A DNA stretch of 24,816 nt from an uncultured Peptococcaceae bacterium. Its GTDB lineage: Bacteria > Bacillota > Peptococcia > Peptococcales > Peptococcaceae. A program made the position numbers and the translations under genes. The first letter of the stretch is position 1, and each line of letters starts with the position of its first letter. Positions 8,730 through 17,215 of the stretch are shown piece by piece. The stretch lies in the NCBI GenBank assembly GCA_900556545.1, contig USPE01000001.1:1-24816 (forward strand). The letters are read 5' to 3'. A model generated the notes under the pieces. It worked only from the letters and a program-made list of their open reading frames with translations. It was not told where the DNA came from and ran no database searches.

Positions 8730-9437
8730 TTACACCACTTCTTCTTTCAATATCTGTCCCTGTGCGCTTAAAGTTACCACTTTTACAGGAATCTGTTTGC
8801 CGCTGTTGTCCCGCGCTAGTTGTACAGCCTTTTGCATACCGCCGCAGCAAGGTACTTCCATGCGCACCACTAACAAACTTTTTATTTGGTTCTGGCCAAT
8901 GATAGCTGCCAGTTTTTCAGAATAATCAATGCTATCCAGTTTGGTACAGCCAATCAAAGTCACACGCCCCTGCATAAACTCAGCATGAAAATTACCGTAG
9001 GCGTAAGCGGTGCAGTCAGCGGCAATTAACAAATCAGCATCTTGAAAGTATGGCGTCTGCAAGGGAGCCAGTTTGATTTGCACTGGCCACTGGCGCAGCT
9101 GACTAGAGCAAGCAGTTCCCGCATCAACTTGTACTGATGGCTGGAATAAAGTCCGCATCTGTATGCCAGAGCAAGAAGCGCCTGTCTGTTGTAACTGCTG
9201 TTGATTCCGTTTTACCGCTTCTTCATCATAAGCTGCTGCCTCCCGTTCTTCAAAAGAAATGGCATCCATAGGACAAACCGGCAAACAATCTCCCAATCCA
9301 TCGCAATAATCATCTCGCAGCAAAACTGCTTTTCCATTTATCATGCCAATGGCATTTTCATGACAGGCTTTGGCGCAAGCACCGCAGCCGTTGCACTTTT
9401 CTTCATCAATTTTTACGATTTTACGAATCATAATCAT
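8730..9437 (-). CDS. 4Fe-4S dicluster domain protein (family often associated with hcp)
   Basis: CNGCGACAKAC and CDGLGDCLPVCP ferredoxin motifs; C-terminal SQLRQWPVQIKL, IAADC, GCTKLD, MEVPCC. The start may be ATG 9431. Confidence 0.88.
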   Translation of the reverse strand: MIMIRKIVKIDEEKCNGCGACAKACHENAIGMINGKAVLLRDDYCDGLGDCLPVCPMDAISFEEREAAAYDEEAVKRNQQQLQQTGASCSGIQMRTLFQPSVQVDAGTACSSQLRQWPVQIKLAPLQTPYFQDADLLIAADCTAYAYGNFHAEFMQGRVTLIGCTKLDSIDYSEKLAAIIGQNQIKSLLVVRMEVPCCGGMQKAVQLARDNSGKQIPVKVVTLSAQGQILKEEVV

Positions 9438-9487
9438 TTTCTCCTTTATCTGACGTTATAAAAATATTGTTTCGTTTTTCTGTACCC

Positions 9488-9530
9488 AGTATAACAGACT
9501 ATTTATATTTTTTCTGTTGTTTTTCCAACA
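9488..9530 (-). promoter_or_regulatory. Promoter with CRP/FNR-family (HcpR-like) site
   Basis: Palindrome TGTTG-N6-CAACA (9515-9530) and minus-strand TGtTATACT (9488-9496). Confidence 0.65.
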
Positions 9531-9546
9531 TAAATATTTAGTAAAC

Positions 9547-9576
9547 AAAAAAGCCCTGCACCAAACGGTACAGGGC
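9547..9576 (-). terminator. Intrinsic terminator after rpsR
   Basis: Minus strand GCCCTGTACC-GTTT-GGTGCAGGGC-TTTTTT. Confidence 0.88.
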
Positions 9577-9587
9577 ATAATCAGTTT

Positions 9588-9824
9588 TTACTCAGTTGTA
9601 TATGGTAACAAAGCCATTACTCTGGCACGTTTGATAGCAACTGTCAGAGCTCTCTGATGTTTTGCGCAGTTTCCAGAGATACGTCTTGGTAAAATTTTAC
9701 CTCTTTCAGTAACGTATTTCTTTAATTTTGCAACATCTTTGTAATCAATATATTCGGCTTTATCTACACAGAAAGCGCAAACTTTTTTCTTCATTTTTCT
9801 TGGGTTACGTTCACGTCTTGCCAT
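9588..9824 (-). CDS. rpsR: 30S ribosomal protein S18 (zinc-ribbon form)
   Basis: CAFC...IDYKD...[19 protein letters not shown]. Confidence 0.98.
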   Translation of the reverse strand: MARRERNPRKMKKKVCAFCVDKAEYIDYKDVAKLKKYVTERGKILPRRISGNCAKHQRALTVAIKRARVMALLPYTTE

Positions 9825-9841
9825 GATTAATTCCTCCTCTA

Positions 9842-10276
9842 TTAGAAAGGTAAGTCATTATCATCGAATACGATTTCTTCACCCAGACCCAAACCAGAGC
9901 CTGCTGAAGCATTGTTGTTATTCTGATAATCCTGTCTGCCGCTTCCAGAACCAGTATCATTCTTAGAACCGACAAATTCAATTTGTTCTGCTACAACTTC
10001 TGTCACCCAGCGTCTTTGTCCATCATTGCCGTCATAGCTGCGTACCTGCAGTCTTCCTTCCAGAGCCATCTGTTTACCCTTATGGAAATAATTTGCTACA
10101 AATTCAGCAGATTTCTGCCAAGCTACACAGTTGATAAAATCAGCTTCCCGCTCTCCGCTTTGATTGGAGAAACGACGGTCAACTGCCAGTGTAAAGCTGG
10201 CAACTGCAGTACCACTCTGTGTATAACGCAATTCAGGATCTTTCGTCAAGCGGCCAATCAACATAATTTTGTTCAT
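9842..10276 (-). CDS. ssb: Single-stranded DNA-binding protein
   Basis: [19 protein letters not shown]...[10 protein letters not shown]-terminal DLPF; start moved to ATG 10276. Confidence 0.97.
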   Translation of the reverse strand: MNKIMLIGRLTKDPELRYTQSGTAVASFTLAVDRRFSNQSGEREADFINCVAWQKSAEFVANYFHKGKQMALEGRLQVRSYDGNDGQRRWVTEVVAEQIEFVGSKNDTGSGSGRQDYQNNNNASAGSGLGLGEEIVFDDNDLPF

Positions 10277-10298
10277 AATAAACACTCCATTAAGAAAA

Positions 10299-10589
10299 TT
10301 ATTCGCCGACTCTAGTTGTTAACTGACGCAGAATTGTATCGTCGATTTTCATCAGACGTTCGCATTCGTCAACAGCAGCTGCTGGACCATTGAATTTTAC
10401 TAATACATAGTAACCTTCACGGTATTTTTTGTCGATTTCATAGGCCAGTTTACGTTTGCCCCATTTATCGGTTTCAGCTACAGTTGCGCCTTCTTTTACC
10501 AGGATACCATTGAATTTTTCTACAATGCCGTCGATTGCTTCTTCAGCAACTTCTGGTTTAATGATATACAGTAATTCGTAATCACGCAT
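10299..10589 (-). CDS. rpsF: 30S ribosomal protein S6
   Basis: [24 protein letters not shown]. Confidence 0.97.
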   Translation of the reverse strand: MRDYELLYIIKPEVAEEAIDGIVEKFNGILVKEGATVAETDKWGKRKLAYEIDKKYREGYYVLVKFNGPAAAVDECERLMKIDDTILRQLTTRVGE

Positions 10590-10594
10590 GTGTA

Positions 10595-10648
10595 TGCACC
10601 TCCTCCCCCCGGACTAATGGCTCTGACTTTATCAGAGCAGGGATTTAC
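10595..10648 (-). promoter_or_regulatory. S6:S18 ribosomal protein leader RNA
   Basis: 5' UTR AAAUCCCUG-GCUCUGA/UCAGAGC hairpin-CC...UCCG-GGGGGAGGAGGUG. The pyrimidine tract can pair with the SD region, and the position upstream of rpsF matches the known autoregulatory element. Confidence 0.7.
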
Positions 10649-10656
10649 AATTTGTT

Positions 10657-10685
10657 ATTATAGCACAGAAAAAATGTCCGCGCAA
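10657..10685 (-). promoter_or_regulatory. sigmaA promoter of rpsF-ssb-rpsR
   Basis: TTGCGC-17bp-TATAAT with extended TG. Confidence 0.78.
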
Positions 10686-10724
10686 CAAATTTTTTGTAAT
10701 ACTTTCAATTTTTCATAGCCAGTC

Positions 10725-11231
10725 TTATAGATTGCTCTGCTCCGCCGTTGTATCCGCAGTATCTGCCTGACGGTTAATCATCACAACATCGCCTTCCAAC
10801 GCCACATCATACCCTACCAATACACCAAAAGCCTCTGCCGGTACCCACATACGGCCATTTTTTTCTATCACAGGTGCACCGCTCAGCTCTGTGGGTGAAG
10901 TCATACCCAGCACATTAGGAATTGCACTCCACGAGCAATATAAATTTTGCCCTTCTACCAAATCCATGGTGCGGGTTCCATCATTTAAATTAGCAGTCCT
11001 TGTTTCTGCATCCCAGCTGATAGCAATATCAAGACCGTCCGCTACTGCACGCAGCGGCACCCATGCCTGTCCATCATACAGAACGCCTTGTGTGTTTGGC
11101 ACAACACCATCCAAATTTAAATTAATCCGTTCTATAGCAGGCTGCTCCGGCACTTCTGCCGCAAAAGCTGCTGTACCAGAAAACGCAAGTGCGCCGCATA
11201 AAATACCGATTGCTGCTTTTTTCAAAATCAT
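10725..11231 (-). CDS. Secreted protein with a copper amine oxidase N-terminal (stalk) domain
   Basis: Signal peptide (KKAAIGILCGALAFSGTAAFA); WVPLRAVADGLDIAISWDAET and APVIEKNGRMWVP repeats. The start may be TTG 11225. Confidence 0.82.
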   Translation of the reverse strand: MILKKAAIGILCGALAFSGTAAFAAEVPEQPAIERINLNLDGVVPNTQGVLYDGQAWVPLRAVADGLDIAISWDAETRTANLNDGTRTMDLVEGQNLYCSWSAIPNVLGMTSPTELSGAPVIEKNGRMWVPAEAFGVLVGYDVALEGDVVMINRQADTADTTAEQSNL

Positions 11232-11338
11232 ACCTCAACATCCCTTTCACTTGTACAATATCATGCCGTTCTGACAAAATACCCGGCAAAAATATTTTTC
11301 ACCGGCAACTTCTTTTCAAACATCACTGTCATATATTC

Positions 11339-11366
11339 CAGACGGAACGTCCTGCAAAAATGTTCC
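11339..11366 (-). promoter_or_regulatory. Putative ECF-type promoter for the stalk-domain gene
   Basis: Minus strand GGAACA-16bp-CGTCTG (AAC/CGT pattern of SigW/SigM/SigX-like promoters). Confidence 0.5.
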
Positions 11367-11453
11367 TGTTTTCTCATCGCTGCAATAAAAAAGCTTCTCT
11401 TATACACAAATCTGCAAAGAGAAGCAATACTTTTTATCAAAACAAACTTTTCA

Positions 11454-12392
11454 TTAAAATTGACAATACATCATCGGAATATGTCTTTGCTGCTCGGTTT
11501 CTGCCTCAGCATTCTTGCCTAAAAGCTGCGATACCTGTTGAAATAAATTTCCTGATGAAAGAATATCCAATAAACCATCGGGCGCACTGTAGCTATAGTA
11601 TTGCACATCCATTGTGTAGTAACCCAAATCATTCATCATCCGCTGCAACGTATCATCAAAGGATTCCAGCCCATCAATCAAGCCATGCTCCAACGCCTGT
11701 CCGGCACTGTACACCCGTCCGTCAGCCAGTTGATAAACTTTCTCTTGATCCATACCGCGGCTTTGCGCCACAATTTCTACAAAACGATCATAATATTCAT
11801 CGCAAATAGATTGATAAATGGCTTTTTGTTCCTCTGTCAATGCCTGATAATAATTGCCCATGGATTTATTGGGGCCAGATGTAATATATTGCACATCTAT
11901 CCCAAGTTTATCCATCAAGCCGCTCATATCCACAAACTCACCCATAATAACGCCAATGGATCCTGTAATGGCGTTGCGATTGGCATAAATCTCATCGGCT
12001 GCACAAGCTTCATAATATCCGCCCGATGCCGCATAACTTTCAATGGCTGCATAAATCGGCCGCCCGGTCATTTCTTTGTACTCCATCAATTTTAAATACA
12101 GTTCATCAATTTGATACACAGCGCCGCCCGGTGAATCAATACGCAACAGCAAACCCTGATTGTGGCTGTCCATCATAATCTCATCTACACTGTTTAACAG
12201 ATATTGCTGATCATACGTATAGCCGTCATTTTCCGATATGGTACCGGCAATATCCAGCACAGCAATATTATCGCCAGCCATAATGCTCATACCCGCAGTG
12301 GAATAAATGGCCAAACCAACGCAAACCACTAACAGCATACAAAAAATATAAAACCCTTTTCGATTGGCTCTATTGATTCTCATGTTCTTCAT
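11454..12392 (-). CDS. sppA: Signal peptide peptidase SppA (S49, 36-kDa type)
   Basis: N-terminal TM, LRIDSPGG, AASGGYY, ITGSIGV, ADGRVYSAGQA..GLID. Confidence 0.93.
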   Translation of the reverse strand: MKNMRINRANRKGFYIFCMLLVVCVGLAIYSTAGMSIMAGDNIAVLDIAGTISENDGYTYDQQYLLNSVDEIMMDSHNQGLLLRIDSPGGAVYQIDELYLKLMEYKEMTGRPIYAAIESYAASGGYYEACAADEIYANRNAITGSIGVIMGEFVDMSGLMDKLGIDVQYITSGPNKSMGNYYQALTEEQKAIYQSICDEYYDRFVEIVAQSRGMDQEKVYQLADGRVYSAGQALEHGLIDGLESFDDTLQRMMNDLGYYTMDVQYYSYSAPDGLLDILSSGNLFQQVSQLLGKNAEAETEQQRHIPMMYCQF

Positions 12393-12468
12393 CTCTTTCT
12401 ATAAAATCTTAATTTTACTATTCTTTTATTCCCCATTATTTTTTATTCTTCCTTCCAAAAACCAATTT

Positions 12469-13272
12469 TCACTGCTCATCTGTATTTTCTATTTCGGTGT
12501 CTATTTCAGTATCTATTTCAATATCCTTTCCATCATCTGTTTTATCAGCAGCATAATGGAATGGGGTAAATTGCTCTGCAATTCCAAATTCGTCCGGACT
12601 GCAAACCTGCTCTGCAATAGCCCGCTCTTTTAAATACTCATAAATTTCCGCAAAGGTGCCTGTGATATACGGCACCAGATATACATAAACAGGGATAGAC
12701 AACAACGTCCCAACTATGATAGCCATGCCCAGTTCCAATGTCCAAACAGCAACCACATAAATTGCCACGATGAATGCATACCAATTAAGAAAGCTGAGAT
12801 AGACTACAAACAAAGCGCCTTTATAGCCCTTGGTCATTTTTATACTGGTTTTTAAAGCCTGCCGCAAATCAGCATCAGGATTGTCAGCCAGAATAAAATA
12901 ATATTGTGAATAACTAAAATACTTTATAATTCCCGGTACAATAAACAACAGCAGCCAGAGAAAATACCATAAAAATTTCCATAAACCAGCCAGCATCCAT
13001 TTGATAATATTAGCAAAGGACATAAAAAAATCATTGACATTGGCTTTTTGCGTTTTGATCAGCTGCAGCATAAACGTGCTGAACGCAATCAGCACAGGGC
13101 CTTCCAACAGCAGCAACAGCAAATCTCCCAAATTAAGGGTATCACTGCTGCTGCTGACTACACTCAGAGAAACATAAATGATACCAATCAAACTAACAGT
13201 TAACAAAATTTGCAGCCAATTTCCTGCCATTTTATGTTTTGCACTTTTTTTCAAATCTGTATATCCAATCAT
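12469..13272 (-). CDS. DUF975-like integral membrane protein
   Basis: LKKSAK..MAGNW, LWLLLFIVPGIIKYFSYSQYYFIL, S..MTKGYKG.LF, PY motifs; start moved to ATG 13272 (RBS GGGAGG). Confidence 0.82.
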   Translation of the reverse strand: MIGYTDLKKSAKHKMAGNWLQILLTVSLIGIIYVSLSVVSSSSDTLNLGDLLLLLLEGPVLIAFSTFMLQLIKTQKANVNDFFMSFANIIKWMLAGLWKFLWYFLWLLLFIVPGIIKYFSYSQYYFILADNPDADLRQALKTSIKMTKGYKGALFVVYLSFLNWYAFIVAIYVVAVWTLELGMAIIVGTLLSIPVYVYLVPYITGTFAEIYEYLKERAIAEQVCSPDEFGIAEQFTPFHYAADKTDDGKDIEIDTEIDTEIENTDEQ

Positions 13273-13459
13273 AGAACAACCTCCCACTTTCGTATATATT
13301 TATTGCCATTATAGCATAGACGCAATCATAACTCTATTTTTAAATGCAAAACCACCTAAATCAATCACGTACCGTCACAACCTGTTAAAAATAAAAAATG
13401 ATATACAAAAACCACAGCTCTCAGCATATGCGCTGCAATATAATTAGAAAAAAATCACA

Positions 13460-13489
13460 TTGCAATTCAGCTATCATATCGGTTAAAAT
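13460..13489 (+). promoter_or_regulatory. Putative sigmaA promoter for yybS-rplI
   Basis: TTGCAA-18bp-TAAAAT. Confidence 0.5.
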
Positions 13490-13610
13490 AATAGGCAGTG
13501 TACAATGTTGAATTTAGCCAATCACAGAAAAATTATCATAAAAACAAGGTAAAAATCTATCCAAAATAGAATAAAAGCACAAGAACAGATTTTTTAATGA
13601 GGTGAGTTTT

Positions 13611-14600
13611 TTGAATAATAAAATAACTGCCCGCGGGATGGCAGAAGGAGCACTTATGGCGGCACTGGCAGCTATATTCATGCTGGCGGGGAACCTGCCC
13701 TTTATCGGTTTATTCGTTCTGTTGTTCTGCAGCATTCCCATTACAGTAGCCACAGTACGCAATAACCCTTTTATTGGCGGTTTATCTGCTGTTTTAGCTG
13801 TAATTCTGGCATTGCTGTTTTTAGGGCCAATTGCCGCAATATCCGGCGGTCTTCAGTATATGCTGCTGGGGTGGGTTCTGGGCTACATGCTGTATCATCA
13901 CAAAAGCAGCAATAAAACCATTGGGGCCGGTGTCATAACAGCAGCATCGGCAGCCCTTGTTATCCTGCTGTTTACCCTTGGCTTAATCGGCTTTACACCG
14001 GCATCCATCACAGCATATATGGACAACTATACTGCTGATATGATGGAAATGTATCAAAGCACCGGTATGATTGATATGATGGCGCAGCAGGGTGTTTCCA
14101 AAACACAGGTAGCAGAAATTATGGAACAAAGCGTACAGCTGATGATGCGCCTAATGCCGTCTATTTTAATTATCAGCCGTTCTGTTATGGCAGTGATTAC
14201 CTACTTCCTGACAGTACAAGTATTAAAAAGATTAAAAATACGCATTCCCCGCATTCAAAATTTCCAAAAATGGGGACTGCCCTTCGGCTTTGTTTGGGGA
14301 CTCATTATCGTATGGGCATTATGGCTGGCTGCTGACTATATTGATATCAGCTGGCTGAATATCTTAACATTGAATTTCCTGATTGTTTATGCGGCACTGT
14401 TGTTTTTGGACGGCTTTGCCTTAACCTGTTACTGGTTTAAATTTGAACAGATGTCCACACCAATGAAAGTTCTCGGCGTTCTTTTTGTGCTGTTCTTCAT
14501 CACAGGTTTCCTGATTGCCTGCACTTTCATGGGATTGGCCGATTTATTATTTGACTTTCGCAAGCTAAGAGTGGATAATAAGAAAGTAAGAAAAGGATAG
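13611..14600 (+). CDS. yybS: YybS / DUF2232 family membrane protein
   Basis: [32 protein letters not shown]-terminus; adjacent to rplI. Start probably TTG 13611 (RBS GAGGTG 13599-13604). Confidence 0.82.
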   Translation: MNNKITARGMAEGALMAALAAIFMLAGNLPFIGLFVLLFCSIPITVATVRNNPFIGGLSAVLAVILALLFLGPIAAISGGLQYMLLGWVLGYMLYHHKSSNKTIGAGVITAASAALVILLFTLGLIGFTPASITAYMDNYTADMMEMYQSTGMIDMMAQQGVSKTQVAEIMEQSVQLMMRLMPSILIISRSVMAVITYFLTVQVLKRLKIRIPRIQNFQKWGLPFGFVWGLIIVWALWLAADYIDISWLNILTLNFLIVYAALLFLDGFALTCYWFKFEQMSTPMKVLGVLFVLFFITGFLIACTFMGLADLLFDFRKLRVDNKKVRKG

Positions 14601-14613
14601 GGGGAATATCATA

Positions 14614-15059
14614 ATGAAAGTTATTTTATTACAAGACGTACCAAAGGTAGGTAAAAAAGATCAGGTGCTGGATGTAAAAGAAGGCTATGCACGCAACTTT
14701 TTGTTTACAAACTGGCTGTAGAAGCCACTCCTGCCAATATGAAAGAATTACAACGCCAGGAAAAAATCCGTGCTGATAAAGCTGCTGAACAAAAAGCAGA
14801 AGCTGTTGCACTGGGCCAAAAATTAAAAGATATTACCGTTACCATTCAGACAAAATGCGGCGCTGGCGGTAAATTATTCGGCGCTGTCACCAACAAAGAA
14901 ATTGCAGAACAGTTGGAAAAATCCACCGGCATTAAACTTGATAAAAGAAAAATCAATCTGGATGAAAATATCAAAACGCTGGGCACCTATCGTCCAATGG
15001 TAAAATTACACCCTGATGTACATGTAGAGTTGGCTGTAAAAGTAGTGGAACAAGGCTAA
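14614..15059 (+). pseudogene. rplI: 50S ribosomal protein L9, frameshifted at about 14709-14711 (real lesion or sequence error)
   Basis: ATG 14614 reads [32 protein letters not shown], then NWL and stop TAG 14719-14721. The rest of L9 ([11 protein letters not shown]...GKLFGAVT...LHPDV) continues in the -1 frame to 15059. Confidence 0.9.
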
Positions 15060-15130
15060 ACAAATAAAGAAATAATCATAAAAAAATGAAGACAAAACAT
15101 AATTAAAAACGAACATGCCGTAAAAGGCAT

Positions 15131-15176
15131 AAGAAAAACTCCTGACCCAAACCAATGAGTCAGGAGTTCTTTTTTT
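15131..15176. terminator. Bidirectional terminator between rplI and the ABC ATPase
   Basis: AACTCCTGAC / GTCAGGAGTT stem, A-rich 5' flank, T-rich 3' flank. Confidence 0.8.
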
Positions 15177-15240
15177 GGCTGATTATTTTCTGCCGGCAAG
15201 CTTTATCAGCATCCATGCTGCAAGCTGACATTCCGCTTTA

Positions 15241-16035
15241 TTATCCCAAAAGCATACGGTCATTCACCATTTCATCGCCGCTGGCTTTTTCAAACATTTT
15301 TAACAAATCCGGCACATCCAGATTTTTCTTCTCGTTGCCGGATACATCAATAATGATCTGGCCATTGTGCAGCATAATCAAACGGTTGCCGTACCGCAAT
15401 GCATCACGCATATTATGGGTAATCATCAATGTGGTCAGCTTATCCCGATTAACAATTTTTTCGGTCAATGCCAATACCTTCGCCGCTGTTTTTGGATCCA
15501 GCGCAGCAGTATGCTCATCTAACAGCAGCAGTTTTGGTCTGTTAATGGTAGCCATCAGCAGAGTAACAGCCTGCCGCTGCCCGCCGGATAACAACCCAAC
15601 TTTACTGGTTAAACGATCTTCCAGGCCCAGATCCAGCTCTTTCAGCATGCTTCTGAACTGGTCACGCTGTTTTGCTTTGGCGCTCCAGCTTAACCCCGGC
15701 AACTTTCCCCGACGGCTGGCAATGGCTAAGTTTTCTTCAATCTGCATATTGGCAGCAGTGCCCATCATAGGGTCCTGAAACACGCGGCCGATATATTTAG
15801 CCCGTTTATATTCAGGCTGCTTGGTAACATCAATATCATCAATGGTAATAGTGCCGCTGTCTACAGCCCATACACCGGCAATGGCATTCAACATGGTAGA
15901 TTTCCCGGCACCGTTACCGCCAATCACTGTCACAAAATCACCGTCGTTCAAATGCAGATTCAAACCCTGCAAAGCCTTCTTTTCGTTGACAGTCCCTTTA
16001 TTAAACGTTTTTCTGATATCTTTTACATCTAACAT
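15241..16035 (-). CDS. ABC transporter ATP-binding protein (putative Trp/Tyr/Phe uptake family)
   Basis: GGNGAGKST, VFQDPMMGT, LSGGQRQ, LLLLDEHTAALDP, ITH. Confidence 0.93.
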   Translation of the reverse strand: MLDVKDIRKTFNKGTVNEKKALQGLNLHLNDGDFVTVIGGNGAGKSTMLNAIAGVWAVDSGTITIDDIDVTKQPEYKRAKYIGRVFQDPMMGTAANMQIEENLAIASRRGKLPGLSWSAKAKQRDQFRSMLKELDLGLEDRLTSKVGLLSGGQRQAVTLLMATINRPKLLLLDEHTAALDPKTAAKVLALTEKIVNRDKLTTLMITHNMRDALRYGNRLIMLHNGQIIIDVSGNEKKNLDVPDLLKMFEKASGDEMVNDRMLLG

Positions 16036-16040
16036 ACTGG

Positions 16041-16925
16041 TCACGCTCCCTTCGCATTGCTGATTTTTTCTTTAAGCAACGGCATCGCAAGCGCAATTAC
16101 AACAATAATGGCCGTTAAAAGTTTCATATCATTCTGATTCATACCCATCTTCAATACAATCGCAATAACAAAACGATAAACAATAGAACCGCCGATTACA
16201 GCCAGCAACCAGTTCATAAAATTACGTGTACCAAATATAACTTCCCCGATAATAACCGAAGCCAAACCAATTACGATGGTCCCTGTGCCCATACCGGCAT
16301 CAGCAAAGCCCTGGCTCTGTCCCAACAAAGCACCGGCCATAGCTACCATACCATTGCTCAGCAATAAACCAAGAATAATGGTAACGTCGGTATCCACACC
16401 CTGAGCCCGAATCATCTGCTTATTACAGCCTGTAGCGCGGATAGCCGCACCAATTTCGGTACCAAAAAACCAATACAAAAAGATAATAATGGCTGCAACA
16501 AACAACAATCCGCAAACCAGAATACTTTCATTTTTCCCCAGTCCAAAATTACCGAAGAATGTATATATGGTGTCCATACGCAAAATAGATACGTTAGATT
16601 TATCACCCATTACGCGCAGATTAATAGAATACAACCCAATCATCGTTAAGATCCCCGCCAACAATGCCGGAATCTTTAACTTTGTATGCAACAATCCTGT
16701 TACGATCCCTGCAACAGAACCGGCCAAAAATGCCAGCACCACCGCTATCACCGGAGAACCGCCTCCGGCAATATAAGAAATTGCTACCGCAGCACCCAGC
16801 GGGTAACTGCCCTCCACTGTCAAATCGGCAATATCCAGCACACGGTAGGTTACATAAACGCCCAATGCCAGAATGCCCCATAAGAGCCCTTGCCAGATTG
16901 TCGATAAAATTAAACTTGAACTCAT
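16041..16925 (-). CDS. ABC transporter permease (same family)
   Basis: ADLTVEGSYPLG, LLAGIL...LYSINLRVMG, G.AIRATG, GTGTIVIGLASVIIGE; ATG 16925 with RBS AAAGGAG. Confidence 0.92.
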   Translation of the reverse strand: MSSSLILSTIWQGLLWGILALGVYVTYRVLDIADLTVEGSYPLGAAVAISYIAGGGSPVIAVVLAFLAGSVAGIVTGLLHTKLKIPALLAGILTMIGLYSINLRVMGDKSNVSILRMDTIYTFFGNFGLGKNESILVCGLLFVAAIIIFLYWFFGTEIGAAIRATGCNKQMIRAQGVDTDVTIILGLLLSNGMVAMAGALLGQSQGFADAGMGTGTIVIGLASVIIGEVIFGTRNFMNWLLAVIGGSIVYRFVIAIVLKMGMNQNDMKLLTAIIVVIALAMPLLKEKISNAKGA

Positions 16926-16967
16926 AATCAATCTCCTTTCAACCATCCTACAAATATAACCTTTTTT

Positions 16968-16996
16968 ATTTTATCCCAATTTCAAATATTTTGCAA
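16968..16996 (-). promoter_or_regulatory. Putative sigmaA promoter for permease-ATPase
   Basis: Minus strand TTGCAA-17bp-TAAAAT. Confidence 0.6.
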
Positions 16997-17102
16997 TGGG
17001 AATGCAGGCTGCAACACAAAGATAAGATAATTTTTTCCGCTGACTTTACAGTAGTAAACCTTATACAGACAAAGGCCGTACTTTATTCTTTACAAACACC
17101 AT

Positions 17103-17163
17103 AAAAATGCTCCCTTTCAGATAACAAGATTTTTATGTTTTCTTGTCCGACTGAAAGGAAGCA
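17103..17163 (-). terminator. Long hairpin / terminator after SBP1
   Basis: TGCTCCCTTTCAG / CTGAAAGGAAGCA outer stem, ACAAGA / TCTTGT inner stem, T tract on the minus strand. Confidence 0.65.
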
Positions 17164-17215
17164 GATTATTGATTTACAATTTTTCCAGGCAACAGCCTCA
17201 TCTATTGATTTACTT

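Noticed and set aside
11189..12095. Long plus-strand ORFs opposite sppA, and other antisense ORFs in the track such as 23850-24779(-) opposite rpn
   Set aside because: Shadow frames of well-supported genes with no RBS or recognisable motifs.
14650..14659. AAAAAAG in rplI as a dnaX-like -1 frameshift site
   Set aside because: It is read AAA AAA GAT, not A AAA AAG, and shifting there would destroy the conserved GYARNFL segment.
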